A stretch of DNA of 64,000 nucleotides from Zancudomyces culisetae HAW-14-8 (GCA_052426225.1 JBNJNM010000011.1:930001-994000); one strand, 5' to 3'. Counted from the first letter of the stretch, positions 24,871 to 39,700 are shown. Made by a program: numbers and translations. The notes: generated by a model not told the origin, from the letters alone.

Positions 24871-26505
24871 AGTCAAGCAAAACAGATACTTCAAAAACTT
24901 GATGCTTACAACTGCGTCGTACTTTTTTTTATGTACTAGCTGGATAAAAGTATACTTCAAAGGTAAAGTACTGGGGAATAAGCTGACACATATCTAGCTA
25001 TTGTAACCAAATATTTACAAAGTTTGGAACACGTTGATACCTTTTTTTACTTTCTATCTCTAATTACCTCAAAAGCATATCAACTAACGAAATCTTCCAA
25101 TCGACTTATAGATGAAATATGTTTGTTTAGGAAATCATAACTATTTGTTGTAGTGACACCTTTGACAAGGTTGAGGAAAGGAACATACTACTGATTCAAT
25201 AAAATACCGATTTCCAACGTTTTACCAATCTCTTGGATTCCTTGTAATATATTCATTATTCTTTTTTCAACGTGGAGGCACACTCAACAGATTATTGCAG
25301 ATATACCTTAAATGGCTCCATAAGAAAAAATTTTCTAATTAAGGCGATAGAGCTGTACGTTTTCCAAAAAAAAAGTCTGGCATCATAACTTGTACTTTGT
25401 TTACAAACATGTAGTATGCTTCATAATTTGATTTTAAAATATATGGGATGATTTGAAATGGTATGCAAGTTTAAATTTTGACACCCATCGCTGTAACAGA
25501 CTTTCAGATTTATTGTGGATGGATAGTAAAGTTAAATTAATAGCTACTTCTTTTGCTAAAAAAATCCGAGGAATAAACAATGCGGCGATAAAACAAAACA
25601 TTCATCACCATACTTATGATTCTTGCCGTTTTCAGTTTATTGAGTATGTTGGGTCTTTATTGGTGTATTTGTATGCAGTTTCAAAAAAGCCAACAATTTT
25701 TAAATTGTGGTATCTGCTAATGATACTTACCCAAAGTACAACAATGAAAATAGACTGTGCCTGTGTATAGGACAGGAAAGCAAAGCGTTCAAGGGATATG
25801 TTCTCGGCTCTTTATACGCCAGAGCACTCAACAAGTTATGGAACAGGCTCAAAAAGAGATGCAGAAAAATTTTCTTACGTAAAATCACAATGACTTTGAT
25901 AAACTTTTTGCTTGAACAACTTCAGTGGTTTATCATCGGTTACAATTATTATCACGAATTTAATATTACTTAGTTTGCAATAATACCAATTCAGTATTGT
26001 CTTATATAACCCGTAATTACATAAAAATTACTGAACTATGTAGAATAGGTGCAAAAAATTTTTGTTTTTTTTTCCTCCTTGTTTCTGCTTTTTTGTTTCC
26101 GTATTTGTTTCCATTTACGCCTTCGCTTTCACTTTGGTTTGTGTTTATATCTCCCACCTTTTTGATTCTCCATCATTGTAATTTAATAAGCAAAGTCTCG
26201 TAGTATTGGTAGATGAACAAATAGATGTTTATACTAATAAAAAATGTATTATAAATATAACTTTGTCCATCCCCACCGATACCATCTATTTTAGTTCGTA
26301 TCACGAATAAAGTATTTAAATTATAGTTTCTACAGCAATTTATCACTTCCTATAGCCAAAAAAAACAGGGGAAGCATAGAGCATAATTGTTATAGAAGAC
26401 TAGACTCTACTGTAATTTTATTGCCAAAGGGTTCTCAGCACTGTTTAAGTGATAATACTTTCACTTTCCCTCTGAATAAAAAAAATAACTCAAGATTTAT
26501 GTTTA

Positions 26506-27598
26506 ATGAACGAAGAAAGCTTTAAACTCGAAATACTACAACAGCCCCAAAGGGCTCGTGTAATGGGAATAGGCGAGAGGTATCGAAGGCCGATTGAACC
26601 CCCACCAGTTGTTAAGCTGGTTGTTACAATGCCTGACGGAACCGAAAGTTTAGAGTAATATACGCCTACCATTTTGCTATAAGCTTATTATAAACCACTT
26701 GATGTGCCGTGCCTCAGTATAATCTGTTAAGTCAGGTATGAACTCACTTCTAACGTATACCACTTTTTACAATAGAGTTCCCGTGGTTCAAAGTGTTATC
26801 CTCCATGCATCTCTTCTCAGCAGCGACGGCCAGAATGTAATAGACACGATTTCAAAGGTGGATAGAGTAGAACTCTTCAACAGCTTTTCTAGTGGTGATG
26901 TCGCGAAAGAAGAGAGGGTTCTTTTGGGTTCTCTTTCGGCCACATGTAATATAGTTAAAGGATTAGAGGAGAGGAAAGGATGCTACTTTGTATTTCCCGA
27001 TTTGCATGTCAGTGTTGAAGGCTATTATAGGTTGCTTTTTTCTCTAATGGTGATCCCAGGGTAATTTTTTTATACTTCTTTATCTGCTATTACTGAATTC
27101 AATATTATCTGTTCACTGTACATATCCTGAAAATGCGTATGAGTATGTAGATTTTTAAATCTGCGTTATTAGTAAAAAATTTGAATAATGCAGCTAAAAA
27201 AAAATTCATTAAAATCTACATTTAACCTGATAGTGCGCCTGATTCTACTAGTACAAGCTCCAGAGTAAAAGCCACAGTTGTTTCTGATGTTTTTCAAGTT
27301 TATTCGGTTACTGATTTTCCTGGTGTTGGTGGTATGTACTAATATAAATTGCTATTCGTTATATTTTTTTACAGTAGCTTCCCCCCCCCCCCCCCCCCTC
27401 CCTCACTTTCTATTTTAAAAAAGATAAGTATTTAACCCAGTTCAACACAACTAAAAAATAATTAGAGTCTACTACCCTATCAAAAACGCTCGCGCAGCAA
27501 GGTGTAAACATTCCAATAAGAAATAAAGGGAGATACAAATCGTAGGTGCGCGAAAGAAAAATCTATTTATTGACAAGCCAGATCCTAAGCAAAATTGA
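26506..27598 (+). CDS. Velvet-domain transcription regulator; 4 exons 26506-26654, 26776-27060, 27234-27331, 27466-27598
   Basis: Spliced via GT-AG introns: FKLEILQQPQRARVMGIGERYRRPIEPPPVVKL...LLGSLSAT...GCYFVFPDLHVSVEGYYRLLFSL...VSDVFQVYSVTDFPGVGESTTLSKTLAQQGVNIPIR. All velvet blocks are present. Confidence 0.92.
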
Positions 27599-28135
27599 AC
27601 ATTGTTTTTTTTCCTTTTCTTTTTAATTCGTATAATAAGTCTACATGTCTTTTTTTTCTTCTCTGGGTTGTTTATGAACTGAGATCTGAAATATTTTAAG
27701 CACATATATTTTGGAGCTGTACTTTGTAATTTCACAAATTTGATATCGGATTTTTCTCCCTTTTATAATATTATTAAATCTGTAACATATGGAAAATAAT
27801 AAAGTAGGTAAAATTACGATTTTAGACTACAATTTTTTTATTATATTTTTTGAAAAGATCACCATTGTGGGAATGTTAAAATCCGTTGAACTTGCTGTAT
27901 CAATCCCACTTTGGTAACTATGTTATCTTTGTACTACAAAGATCTGTATTTTTTTTGGTGGGGGGGGGAGAAGGGAAGGGAAAAGAGCAAACCGATTTCC
28001 TGTATTTTTGCTAAATATCGAGCCTTGTTATTAGTGATTGAACTTGTATTGTAAAATGGTCAATATAAATATATTGATAAAATTAAAAGGCAAAATCAGA
28101 ATTAAAAGTGGAAATAAAAACAAAACTAAATGACA

Positions 28136-29145
28136 TTATTGCGATTTTTTAGCATCAATAACGCTCTCAATTGCATCAATATCTTTAACCTGCTTCAAAA
28201 TCTCTGTCTTGGATTTTCTAATAGTGGCATTATAAATCTCTTGTGTGGGGCGTCGGTGTGAGTTAAACATTCTATCAAATAGAGTTGTGAACTGTCCATA
28301 GTTATAGTTGAAATATAAGTGGTGTATGGTGTGGTGTGCTGCGCCATTAATAACTGGGTTGTCTGAAATATAGTTTCCATCATGAATCATAACACTCCAG
28401 ACGTTTACAAACGCAAACAGACCTAGGTACAACCATTTATATATTGGGAAAATAAATGCTGCTATGTGATACGGGATCGACTGTAGGTATCCATCAATTG
28501 GATTGAATGCATGCGAAGCAAATGGAGTACACACTAAAAAATAAAAGGGTGATTAGCGTTTGAATACCTACGACTTCCCACACCCACCCTTGGTGTCGGG
28601 TTTGTAAATTTATAATAGTGTAAATAAAGTACGAGTATGATATGCGGCTACTTACCAATCCATTTGTGGTGCAATTTGTGGAAGGTGGCATAGAAGAGAG
28701 GATGGTGCTCTATCCTGTGTACCCAATATATACAGAAATCGGTAAAAATAATAAATCCTACACCACTTAAAACAAGGTATGTAAGTCCGTACTGGTGAAG
28801 GTCATCATAAAGTAGAGATTTTCCGTGAATTTCCCCATAGATCCAGGGCATTGTAAGAATGGTTATTACTGGAAAGGCTTTCATTGCTGTTTGAATTTCC
28901 ATTTTTACCTGGTTTTTCAGAAATTTGGGATGCTTGAAATTATCCACATCATACCTGAAGTAATACACAAAGCCCGAAGTACCGAAATAAAACAGCATTA
29001 TGTACGTATATACAAATGTGAAGATCGTGATGAGCTCTCTGTATATATTATCTCTAGGAGGAACGTCTATTCCCAGTGATCCCGCCGCAAAGGCGAATGC
29101 TGAATCGTAAAAATAGTCGTTTGCGAACTCCAATACAATATCCAT
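28136..29145 (-). CDS. ERG3: C-5 sterol desaturase; intron 28534-28655
   Basis: His boxes HRIEH, HKLHH, HDG, HTIHH; TPFASHAF; YNYGQFTT. Confidence 0.95.
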
Positions 29146-30823
29146 ATTTTCTAAGTCTAATTTCGAGAGAAAACAAGCACGTTTTGCCGCTGAATCTCAA
29201 ATTTTATTTGGGATAAGTCGCTTGTTAATATGTATATATATAAATTTTTTTTAAGGAATGAATTATTTTCATCAGAGTTTTCACATGAAAATGCTTTTTG
29301 AGCCCATATTTTGAGTATACTCAATTTTATTGCTATTGGCCACTACTGAATCGCGGACTATCCAGGTGCTATTGGAGCCATGAAAAAAGTTCGCCTATTT
29401 ATTACTGAACAATGAATTTAATTCACCCTTAAATATTTATATTACGTAAAATATACTTCTGCAACCATTGGCTAAAACTTGGGTTGAACAAATGAAGAGG
29501 TTAACTCAATATTAACCGATGGCAACATTTTGTTCCAAAAGCACTGGGTTGAAAGCTTGCATCTTTGTTTTATTGCAGATTTACCAATATTTTTCTTTCA
29601 AACAAACCATTTATTTTTTTGCATCAAAACTACAAGAATTTTCAGCAGGTAACGCTACTAAACCTTTCAAGTTGTGTGAAGAAAAGGTTAAAAAAAAAGT
29701 CAGAACACATATATAGATAGAATCTAAGCACTTTGTGGGCAGCAATCAGTTAAGTTTGTCTTACTTTGACCATTGTGAGAATATGGCACCATTTCAGAAT
29801 AAGTATAAACAACATGTACTTTATGAATCTGGTTCACAAAATTACTCTTACTATACAGTATCAGAAACACACCCCAAACTAAAAGTGAATTACTTTAGTT
29901 ACTAAGCTATTTCTTTCTTTTTTTTAAAAAAAAATGTAAAAGTTGTGATAGTCAAGCATCTAAAAGCGTCACACTTTAATTATTCCTGACTCGATAAACA
30001 CGTAAGGGCGAATATACAGTTTCAGCTATATCACGTCTTTCTAAAATAAATGAAGACATCAGAACTTCTTAACTCAGATCTAGCAAAGATTCGGTCGTCT
30101 ATACTAGGAAGTAAATTTTATACCCATAGCCGGTTTCTTCGCTAGTTAAATTTATCTTCCCCTATAGACATAACGATGAACCGAAAAGTAGCTACTACAA
30201 GTATCTAACACAGCTAGGTTTATAGAAATCCAAGCATGATCCATATTTTTCTCCATCTATACATCCCCGCCTCATCAAAGGTATGCACATGAAATACCAG
30301 TATTCCTCTATTATTTGATATATTTTTTGCTTCTTTATAATAGGGAAGTGGCTTGTATCCAACACATTTAATATTGGTTAATTAAAAAATCGAAAAAGCT
30401 AAATTATTTTTGTCTAAGTTTATAAAAAGGTGAGCTTAAAACAAGAGAAAGAGCGGGAAAAACCAAATATTTATCTGCGCTCTGGACGACTGCTAACCAG
30501 CATTTGTAATGCTTCACAGAAGGGAATTTTACATTTACATCTAGTTTTGTTGCGCAATAATTTATAGGAATTAGGTAAAGTCACATTTGTATCCAATGGC
30601 TAAATTAGGCTTTGTGTTCTGAATTCAGAATTTTCATCCTCAATAATTATTTAAACTCAAATTGACTTTAAAGGCTCAAAGAGTAGAGAAAATTGAAACA
30701 AAGAAAAAAACAAGCCCGGTTGAAAAAGGCTGATTTCGAGAACCACAGGCAAATACCACCATATATACACATCGATATACGAATTTTTAAAGTGTCAAAC
30801 GGATCAAGTAACGTTGTAACACA

Positions 30824-33561
30824 ATGTACTCTTCGAATTTACATGTAAGTATCTGGATTTTTCACATAATAAATTCAGCAGAGGCTTATTTGCAAAGCCA
30901 GCAGAATTGTGCTTTTATTTCACCTTTCCAAAGTTGATAAATCTTGAGCAAGTTGACACAAGTATTGCCTAAAAATAGCCAAACGATGCTGGTGCGATAA
31001 ACTCACATGTACAAGCGGGAGTGGAACAATATAGCGAGATTAAAGACTATCTTCAGCAAAGATCGGCGATCGAGAAAGAATATGCCAGGAAGCTCGTAGA
31101 ACTAGGCAAGAAAATGGGTAAAAAAGCCTGTTCTAAAAAGCAAGGAGCAAATGAAGACCAGCGCGACGATACTAAGAAGCTTACCAGAAGGGGTACTGTT
31201 GAGAGTTCAATAATGGAGTCTATGGCTACAGAAGGAGATCTGGCGTCAAAAGAAGTTGTGTTTTCGAACGATATAATTCTTAGACTAAGTCAAAACGTCT
31301 TAAAAGTGGGACAATTTCACATGTCGTTAGCAGAAACATACGAAAACTCGATTTTTGAAGAAGCTAGAAAAAAGCAAAACTTTTTTGAAAATATACGAAG
31401 AAAGGTACATAATTTTTTAAAAATAGAAAAAATAACCATGTATAATATAAAAAAACACCGAATTCTGCTTACAGTGTATAGAGATCTTGCAAAGACAGTA
31501 TTCCGAAAGAGATAGGCTTGTATCCGAGAGAGATAAGGTAGGCACAAGAAAACATTTATCATGGTTGCGTTTCATGGCAAGGTTAATATTCTTATTCATA
31601 TCTATGTTTATACTCACATATATATAGTGCAGAGAAAAGTATCAAGCTTTGGTTGTGGAATACAGAAACTCATTGGCAAAACGCGATCGGTTAGTGGATG
31701 AAAAATTCGAAAAGGTATTTAGTTTATACGATTCGTTTTAAAGTTTACTTGACTTTTTTATACGTAGTATTATGGGATAAAAAAACAAGAAACTAACTCT
31801 ATAATGTATTTGTAGAACCAAAATAAGGTTATGGAAATTCTTGCAAAGAAAAATATGGCAAAAAACGAATACATTCTATCTAATGCAGTACTAGTTGAAG
31901 CAAATGCGTACATGAATAAGAAGGGTATTCATCAAATCATGGAGGTAAGAAAGACAGAAACGATGCCATAAAGTTTAGTTGCTGAATATATGCCTTTTAT
32001 TGGGGTTGAGGATACTTTATGTATAAAAAAATAGAAGGTTGTATGTATAATTTTACCAATTCCAATATAAATAGAAATTGGAGAGTCTCGACATTACTAG
32101 AGTAACTGAAATGAAAAATTTGATGCGAAGAATAGTTGAGAGTGAGTATGATGCCATTGAAAAAGTTAAAGATATCATTTATTCAGGAATTGGTGTTGTC
32201 CAAAAGATCGATGGTCCTTCTGAAGTAGAAAGTTTTATGAAGAGTTGTGCTGCCAGAAACCAGCCACCGGATATGGAGTATAGGGCAATTGTTGACGAAT
32301 CAAGCGGGGAAACGGTAATGTCTAAATTATGTTTGAAACGGCTCCGTTTATGTAAAAATAGGAAAAGTTTTTTTTAAAAGAAAAGTATTGAATATCATTT
32401 AACTGAAATCCTATAGACCAAAATTGAGGACGATGACGAATCTAAGATTATATTGTCAAACATAGCGTATAAGGCTCAAAGTAGACTTGTTGAAATTGAT
32501 AGCGTAAAAGCGTCAAAAAACACACAGAAGGATTTAGCAAAGGCTTCGGGAAACAGTTTTGTAGAGGTAAACAGTGGCTATAGCTATATGGGTTGCGAAC
32601 ATAACGAAGTATCAAATTAAATCGACTTTTAAAATTTACTATCGAAATAGTTATTCAACGACTTGGAATCAGATTTTATCATGCTGGATATTGAAGAGGC
32701 AGGGTTAAATGCAAAGATTGAATGCATAACTCAGTCAATTGGAGGTTTGTCAACTTTTTTATTTAAAATCATGTGTAGTTAATTAGAAGAGATTTTTTTT
32801 TTGCATCAAGGGTACCCATTAGCACTGAATTTGACGTATGTTTAATCTGGTTATCTCATAAATATAGATGTCAGTACAAAAAGAATGCACAAGTTTGTAA
32901 AGACAACTTTTAGCTTACCCACAACATGTGGATATTGTGCAGAAAGCATCTGGGGCCTTTCAAGCAAGGGGGCAAAATGTGAGGACTGTAGCTATAGTTG
33001 TCACTTGAAATGTGAAATTAAAGTGCCGGCTGATTGTACAGGCCCCCCAGACCAGCCAAAGGGTAACTTCATTACTCGAGCTTTTCGTAAGTGTTACATT
33101 CCATATTCGGCACCAATCAATCAAAAACCAAATAACGTAAATATAAAAACCTCATCTCAATAATAGGCGGAAAAAAAAGTAAAAAGGATTCAATGAGCTC
33201 AATCAATAAGAGCACAAATGACCTTTCCTCAAGCACCGATAACTTTGAAACATTAAAGAATTCAAACAGAGGTAGCGATGAAAATATTTCATTGAAAAGC
33301 GAAGCAAATAGCAACACGGAGATTTTTTCTCGACCTTTGAGCACTCAGGTCGAGAACAAGTCACAGTTCGATGACGAAGTTTCAGCATTTTCATATGCCG
33401 TTAACAGTGGTAGATCCAACGAAATTATTGAAAAAACAAGGGATGTTAGTGCGGTCGTCCTATATGACTATATTAGTCAGCAAGGGAATGATCTAACTAT
33501 TTCAAAGGGTGATGTTTTACAAATAATCTCCGAGGATGGTAAGTATATCATTCTGTTTATT

Positions 33562-33594
<33 letters not shown>

Positions 33595-33997
33595 CTATTT
33601 ACACACACCTCAACTGGACATATTTGAGCTTGTGTGTTGGCTATTTCTGAATGTCGCTTCGTTTTTTGGTGTAAATAGGATTGAGGTTATTCTTACAAAT
33701 ACTAACACCAATTTATATTTACATGTAACAGATGGAAGTGGATGGTTAAAAGCTCGAGCATCCAATGGAAGAGTTGGAGTGGTTCCAGCTAACTATGTTG
33801 ACATAAACGCTGAGGATAACCCTACGCACGAAAGGTTTTTCACTGCACTGTACGATTTTACGGGTCGCAATGATAACGAGATATCCTTTGAAAAGGGTGA
33901 TAGAATCCAGTTTACAGGTGAATGTGCTGATGACAGCTGGTTCTATGGTATCCTAAGAGGACAAGCAGGCATTTTCCCGAAAAGCTATGTCGAGTAG
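30824..33997 (+). CDS. BZZ1: F-BAR + C1 + tandem SH3 endocytic adaptor Bzz1; 11 exons
   Basis: Exon 1 MYSSNLH|GTAAGT; F-BAR (RSAIEKEYARKL, AKNEYIL); C1 (HKF...CGYC...C..C...CH.KC...VPADC); two SH3 domains. All 10 introns are GT-AG and frame-consistent. Confidence 0.88.
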
Positions 33998-34467
33998 CCA
34001 AACTTAGATTTTATTTGTTTTTATTGGAACGGGGATGATATTAAGGATAATCCACTTGAGTTTTCCAGTGCTAGTTAGCGTTTTTTTTTTTTCAAAGAAA
34101 ATAGAAAACCAGTGATAGATTGAGACAAGATAACTAGAGTACGAATCATTTTAATGGTTTAAAAAAGTCATATAAAAATTGTGTATTGTGGAAACATTGC
34201 GTTTACTAAGTTCGGAATTGATTAATCTTATCAATGTTCGGTGGCTGAAATGGCTGATATTTTAGGGTGGCCATAAGAATTGTGCAACACATGTGTGGCA
34301 GCTTGGTCTTTTCTGAAAATGCCTGCTGGAGAGGATCGTGTACTATCAGTCGTCTCCTTCCCCCTCACACCTTCCCTCTCTTCTTCCCCGTTTTACGCGC
34401 TTTGATGTGATGTATATAATGTATTGTGAGATAAATTACATCTGTGACGTAAGAAAAAACAAATAAA

Positions 34468-35320
34468 TTATTGTAAAACAAAGTTAAACTCAGTGCTGTT
34501 ATCGGCTCGGTTGAATAGCCATAGTGTAAAAGTGCTACAAGTATAGATTTATATATAGACTTAAGTTAGAAGAAATCCTGCGATTTTTGACTTGGAAAAG
34601 ACTAGAACATTTTTGAATAGAAATCTAGGGATAATATGATGAACTAACCTCAAGCTGATTAGTAACGTTTGAGCTACGCTTGTTACTCCCGCATATATGC
34701 TCGAATTTTGACCTTCAGCCGAATTCAGATATTTAATCACGAGTATCGCGAATGAACCAGAAACACCACCGGCAATCAAAGCGATTCCAACAAATAAAAA
34801 TAACTTTGCTCTGTTTGCCAACCCCGAGCTGCCATACTCGTAGCTGTCATCTGTAAGTATACTTAAATCCAATGAGTTGGTTCTATTGCGTACAACCGTA
34901 TGAGAGTTAGTGGATAACGTGTAAAAAAAAAATAAGGGTTATGGCTCTGAGCTCATCAACAAAATGCGATTTTGAGTCCTTACATCAACATTCCTAAAGT
35001 ACACAAGAGTCCGGGTATCCAATCTTCAAGCCCGATTTTGATAGGATTTTCAAGCTTACTGTTTACCATTATTCCATCTATAAACAGCCACCAACCTATG
35101 GTAAACTTTTTAATATATACATATTTAGTTATGCTCACAATTTATTTAGCATTTGCAATTTTAACTCTTGTCATTTAAATAAAAGTAGTAGATTGGTACT
35201 CAATAATAATAGACTTACTAAAGCGCCTGAAAAATAAGAAGCAGCACCGGATAGCCTTTCCTTTATACCATTGGGGAGAGAGAAGAACCTAGTGTTCCAT
35301 ACAAACACGCTTCCTGACAT
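34468..35320 (-). CDS. VPS68: Vacuolar sorting protein Vps68 (UPF0220/TMEM50); 4 exons
   Basis: Spliced: YFSGAL|FTIGWWLFIDG...EDWIPGLLCTLGML...NS...AKLFLFVGIALIAGG..., ending EFNFVLQ*. Confidence 0.9.
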
Positions 35321-36772
35321 TTTTTGTGTTTTTTTTTAGCTATAAGTGTTTTTCAAGCTTTCAATTATTAATTGAAGTATTATCGGTTTCTTTTTCTAGC
35401 GTTGTCCTGGAATAGACTGTGAATTATATTGCACTTTCAATTTAAACCTAATTCAAGTTAGTACAAAAAACAATAACCCAAATGTACAAGTTGCTGTAAA
35501 AGCTAACTACCAGCCAATTTCTGTAATTTGAATTTGGTTTCAGGCACCATGGAGAGAATGAGATTGTAATAAAACAACGATAAAAATTATTGAGTACTGA
35601 GAAAAGGCTGCCAAATTTTTGCAATTTACGAGGTTTAAATATGCCTGTAGTAGGCATATTTTCATTCAAGTTGAATTTGGTGGACCAATTAAATACCTCA
35701 TAGGGCATTCACATGATTACTAAAAAAAAGGGAAAATATATTCTATAAATCAATTCCAAAACACACGAAATATAGGATATTTCATTTTAATTATATTTTA
35801 GTTTTAAAGTACAGGAACGCAACCAGCTTGAATCTGTGCTTGGCTGTAGTTCTAACGTGTTATTTTAAGACATCTTCAAGTTCTAACTTGTGTGTATTTA
35901 CTATAAGGCAAATCATACTCAACCAGAACCAGTAAATAGGATTGCAGATCCTACATTGCACATTTTACGCAGCACTACATTGCTTTTGGTTGTGCATCAA
36001 CTGTATAATCTATAGTTCAAAGCAGTTCTTCAGCTCTTTTGCTCAGATAGTTGTAGATTAAAATTAGGAAACTTCAAAATTCTAGGCAAAATTATATCTG
36101 TATGAAGGTTGGGTGTCAACAAGAAGAAACTAAGCAATGATAACAAAAAAAAATGCATATTCGCTTAGTGACTCTAGCAGTATACTATTATGAATAGTAT
36201 TTAATACTATTTAGTATAGCATATAACGGTTTCTACATATTCCTTTTGTCATTTACTGAACTGTGAATACGCACAATTATACTAATATACAAGCTTGTTT
36301 GCCTTTGAAAAAAAGAAGAAAAAAAGAATTTGACCTGTTCTATTTTACATAACGATTCATTTCATCGATTTTTTAGGATTTCTTCAAGTTAAAACAGTAC
36401 TCTGAAAATCATTCTAAATAGTTATTGGATATAAAGGTATAAAAAAAACAGAAACTACACACTCCCAAAAAATAGTAAACAAAGTAAAGTCTTTAATTCT
36501 GGTGATTTGCAATCAGTTAAAACAGTTTTTCAAAAAAAAAGCACCAAAAAACTCTTTTGTACTTGTAGCCTTTAACGAAATAATAAAAGCGTACAGCTTA
36601 TACAAAAGAGATTTTCCCTAAATACCGGTATTCAACAGCGATAACATCATTCCACTTTTGAAGTATAATATCTGTTATTCGTTTAAAGTTTTGGGACATT
36701 GGAAAGTAGGAATTTCAAGCTTATCGGAAGCACTACATCAAGATAACAATATAGGAGGTAAAAAGAAAGTAA

Positions 36773-39700
36773 ATGACAGAATACCTAAAACCAAGATTTG
36801 CACATACTGAGGGGTATACAGTTTTAAGATACTCTGCAGATGGAGGGTAAGTGCTCAACATTTACTACTTAAAATAAAATATTAAACCCAACAATGACTA
36901 TATAAAAATATTATATAGATTGTTAATAACAGGTGGGAGCGACTCTTTGGTCAGAGCCTTTCAAACGGAGAAAAGCAAGAGGCATTTGGAGGCAATTACA
37001 CTTGAAAGTCATAAAGAAGCAGTACTATCACTAGGAACAAGTGTAAGAATAACATTTTTATGTTTTCATACAAGTGTGTAGTTACACTAGACATCTAAAG
37101 GTATAAATATTTACAAAGGCTTTACAGTAATATTAAGATTATAAAAAACTATTAGGACGATAAGTTACTAAGCTCCGACGAGGAGGGGAGAATCGTTGGA
37201 CATACTATTAGCCAGAATGAGGCAGGGGAGTATGAAATAAATTCACCGTACACAGTCTATCGGTCAGTATTACCAGTATGGGATATTCGTGCAAGCTTTA
37301 ATAATATGCAAACCGCTATAGCTGCTGAGTAAGTCTAATATCTTTAAAAGTATAATTCAACTAAGTAGGTACATTATTTTGGTCATAATAAAAAAGGTTA
37401 TGGTTACTAATTGTATTATTTTTTGGTGTCTACGGTGTAGAAGCGGGGAAATAAATATAGTGTCTTTACTAGATACGTCAGTACTAAGCACCATCAAAGA
37501 TTCATCCGGACCAATTAACAGCATTGACTATAATGATGATGGAACAAAAATTGTAATACACTATTTTATTTACAAAATTGTACACCTGCTTTCTTTCAAA
37601 TTTGATTCATTATCACCACGGCGTTACACCAGACTAATGATTAAACAAAAATGAATAATATGAACGGTAGATATCGAACTATAATGACGGTACTGTAAAA
37701 CTATGGGATGTAGGGGCATCGATACCAATATGCATCCATAAGTGGGACAAGGTTTCTGCAGTGTGTCAACCTGGGTAAGCTAAGTTGGAAATTGGTGTTT
37801 TTAAAAACAAATAACAAAAAACAAAAAGCTAAACGAATAAACATAAATATTAAACAGAGTTGCGGGTGAACAGGTAAAAATCAGATGGGAACCGGGAGGA
37901 GAGTTGGTTGCTGTCCCCAATGAGAGTGGAGGTAATTATTTAAGTATTTATGTTTTGATGTTGGACACATCTCATCGATGAAATCCTCACGCTGTTTTCA
38001 TAAATGATAACAATCAATAAAAATAGAAGTGATACTGATAAGCACGGTTGATTTCTCGGAAAAAACACGCATAACAACAGGCATTAAAAGGCCCATAACA
38101 AGCTTGGAGTGGTCTCCCAATGCTGATTATTTGGGTATTGTTATCGAGAACCAAGTACAGATATGGGATATGCACAAAATTGAGAACGTAGCGAGCTATA
38201 AACACAGTGAAAATGTGTGTTCTGTGGCATGGAATCCTACCAATAACGAGCTGGCATTCACGGATGAAATGGGCGCGCTAGTGATATGGGACGATGTAGT
38301 TGATATGCCTAATCTTCAGTCTAGATCGCATAAGAAGGCGTTAAAAAAGAACGGCGACGATTATGGCGAGAACAACGACTTTGTTATGGACATGGATGAT
38401 GATGGTGGTCGTGATGGTGATGGTGAAAGAAATAACAATAATTTAGTTAGCAACCTTTTTGACGATGAGAGCAAAGAAAACAGACAGATGGAGCTAGAAG
38501 ATGAACTTGGAGCCGAAAGTATTGCTGAAACTGAAGATGAGATGGAGGACTTTGTTGTTGATGATGATGGAGGAGGGTATGTTGAACCAGCTTTAAAGAA
38601 ACAGCTCTACGAAGCCACCAGAGGTAAATTGTGTTATTACTCTGTTTATTTACTTATTCTTTTAAAAAAATTAAAAAAATTGGATTTTGTAAATTATCCA
38701 CTCAACAAGTTATATTGTACTAAGGACGATTTGATATTATATAGTTGTACCTTTTCAGCCATCGGCAACTCCTTGGATTGGGAACAAAAGCTATCTAGCC
38801 TTTAATACAGTCGGAACTGTAACCACAACCCTAGTAAACGATAGTCACAACTCTATAGAGATAGAGTTTTTCGATAAAATGGCGCACAGGGACATACGGT
38901 TTTCAGATCCATACAAGTTTAGCATGGCTTCACTCAGCAAAATCGGTTGTTTGTTTGGGAAAAATCCAAAAAGAGAGGATAATGAGGACAATGGAGGTGA
39001 TTCCACATCAGTGATTCTGTACAGAGCGTTTAAAGGTTGGGCTGGGCAGTCTGACTGGACTTTTAGGTTACCGCCTGGGGAATATATCCAATGTTTAGCT
39101 CTATCTGAGGGTGGGGCGGCGATTTTTACAACAGAAAGGCTAGTGAGATTTATAACTATTGGTGGCATTCAGAGCTGGATTGAGAGCGTCCCCCAAAACA
39201 TTGTTTCATGTGTTGCCGGAAAGAAAATGTTATTCTGTGTCCACCAACGTGAAGGAATTACAGCAAGCACAATGGGATCAAGTAAACATGATATAAATGG
39301 CGCACAGATAGGAGACCCCGTATACGATTGGGAACTAAGACGAATAGATAATGGAAGAAAAATATCATGTGGAGTATGCCCTGTTAGCCACAACAGCAGA
39401 CTATGTTGGCTTGGTTTCTCCGATGAAAACCAACCATTGACATGTGATAGTAGCGGCGTTTTAAGAATGCTAGTCAGATATACTTCTTTCCTGAACGCAT
39501 CTTGGGTTCCTGTATTTGATGCAAAGGCTGTAGCTACAGAGAGGAAAAAATTGGAAAATTATTGGCCCGTTGGCGTTTCTGGGTTAAATTTTATGGTTGT
39601 TATAGTTAAAGATAAAAATAACTATCCACCTATTTCGAAGCCCGTGGTTACAGAGCTAGAGTTAAAAATTCCTATGATACAGCCCGACTCTGCTACATCT

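Noticed and set aside
27670-27720. SECIS-like ATGA...AAA...GA in the velvet 3' UTR
   Set aside because: Helix II does not pair in register with the GA quartet, and no gene in the window has an in-frame TGA at a Cys-equivalent position.
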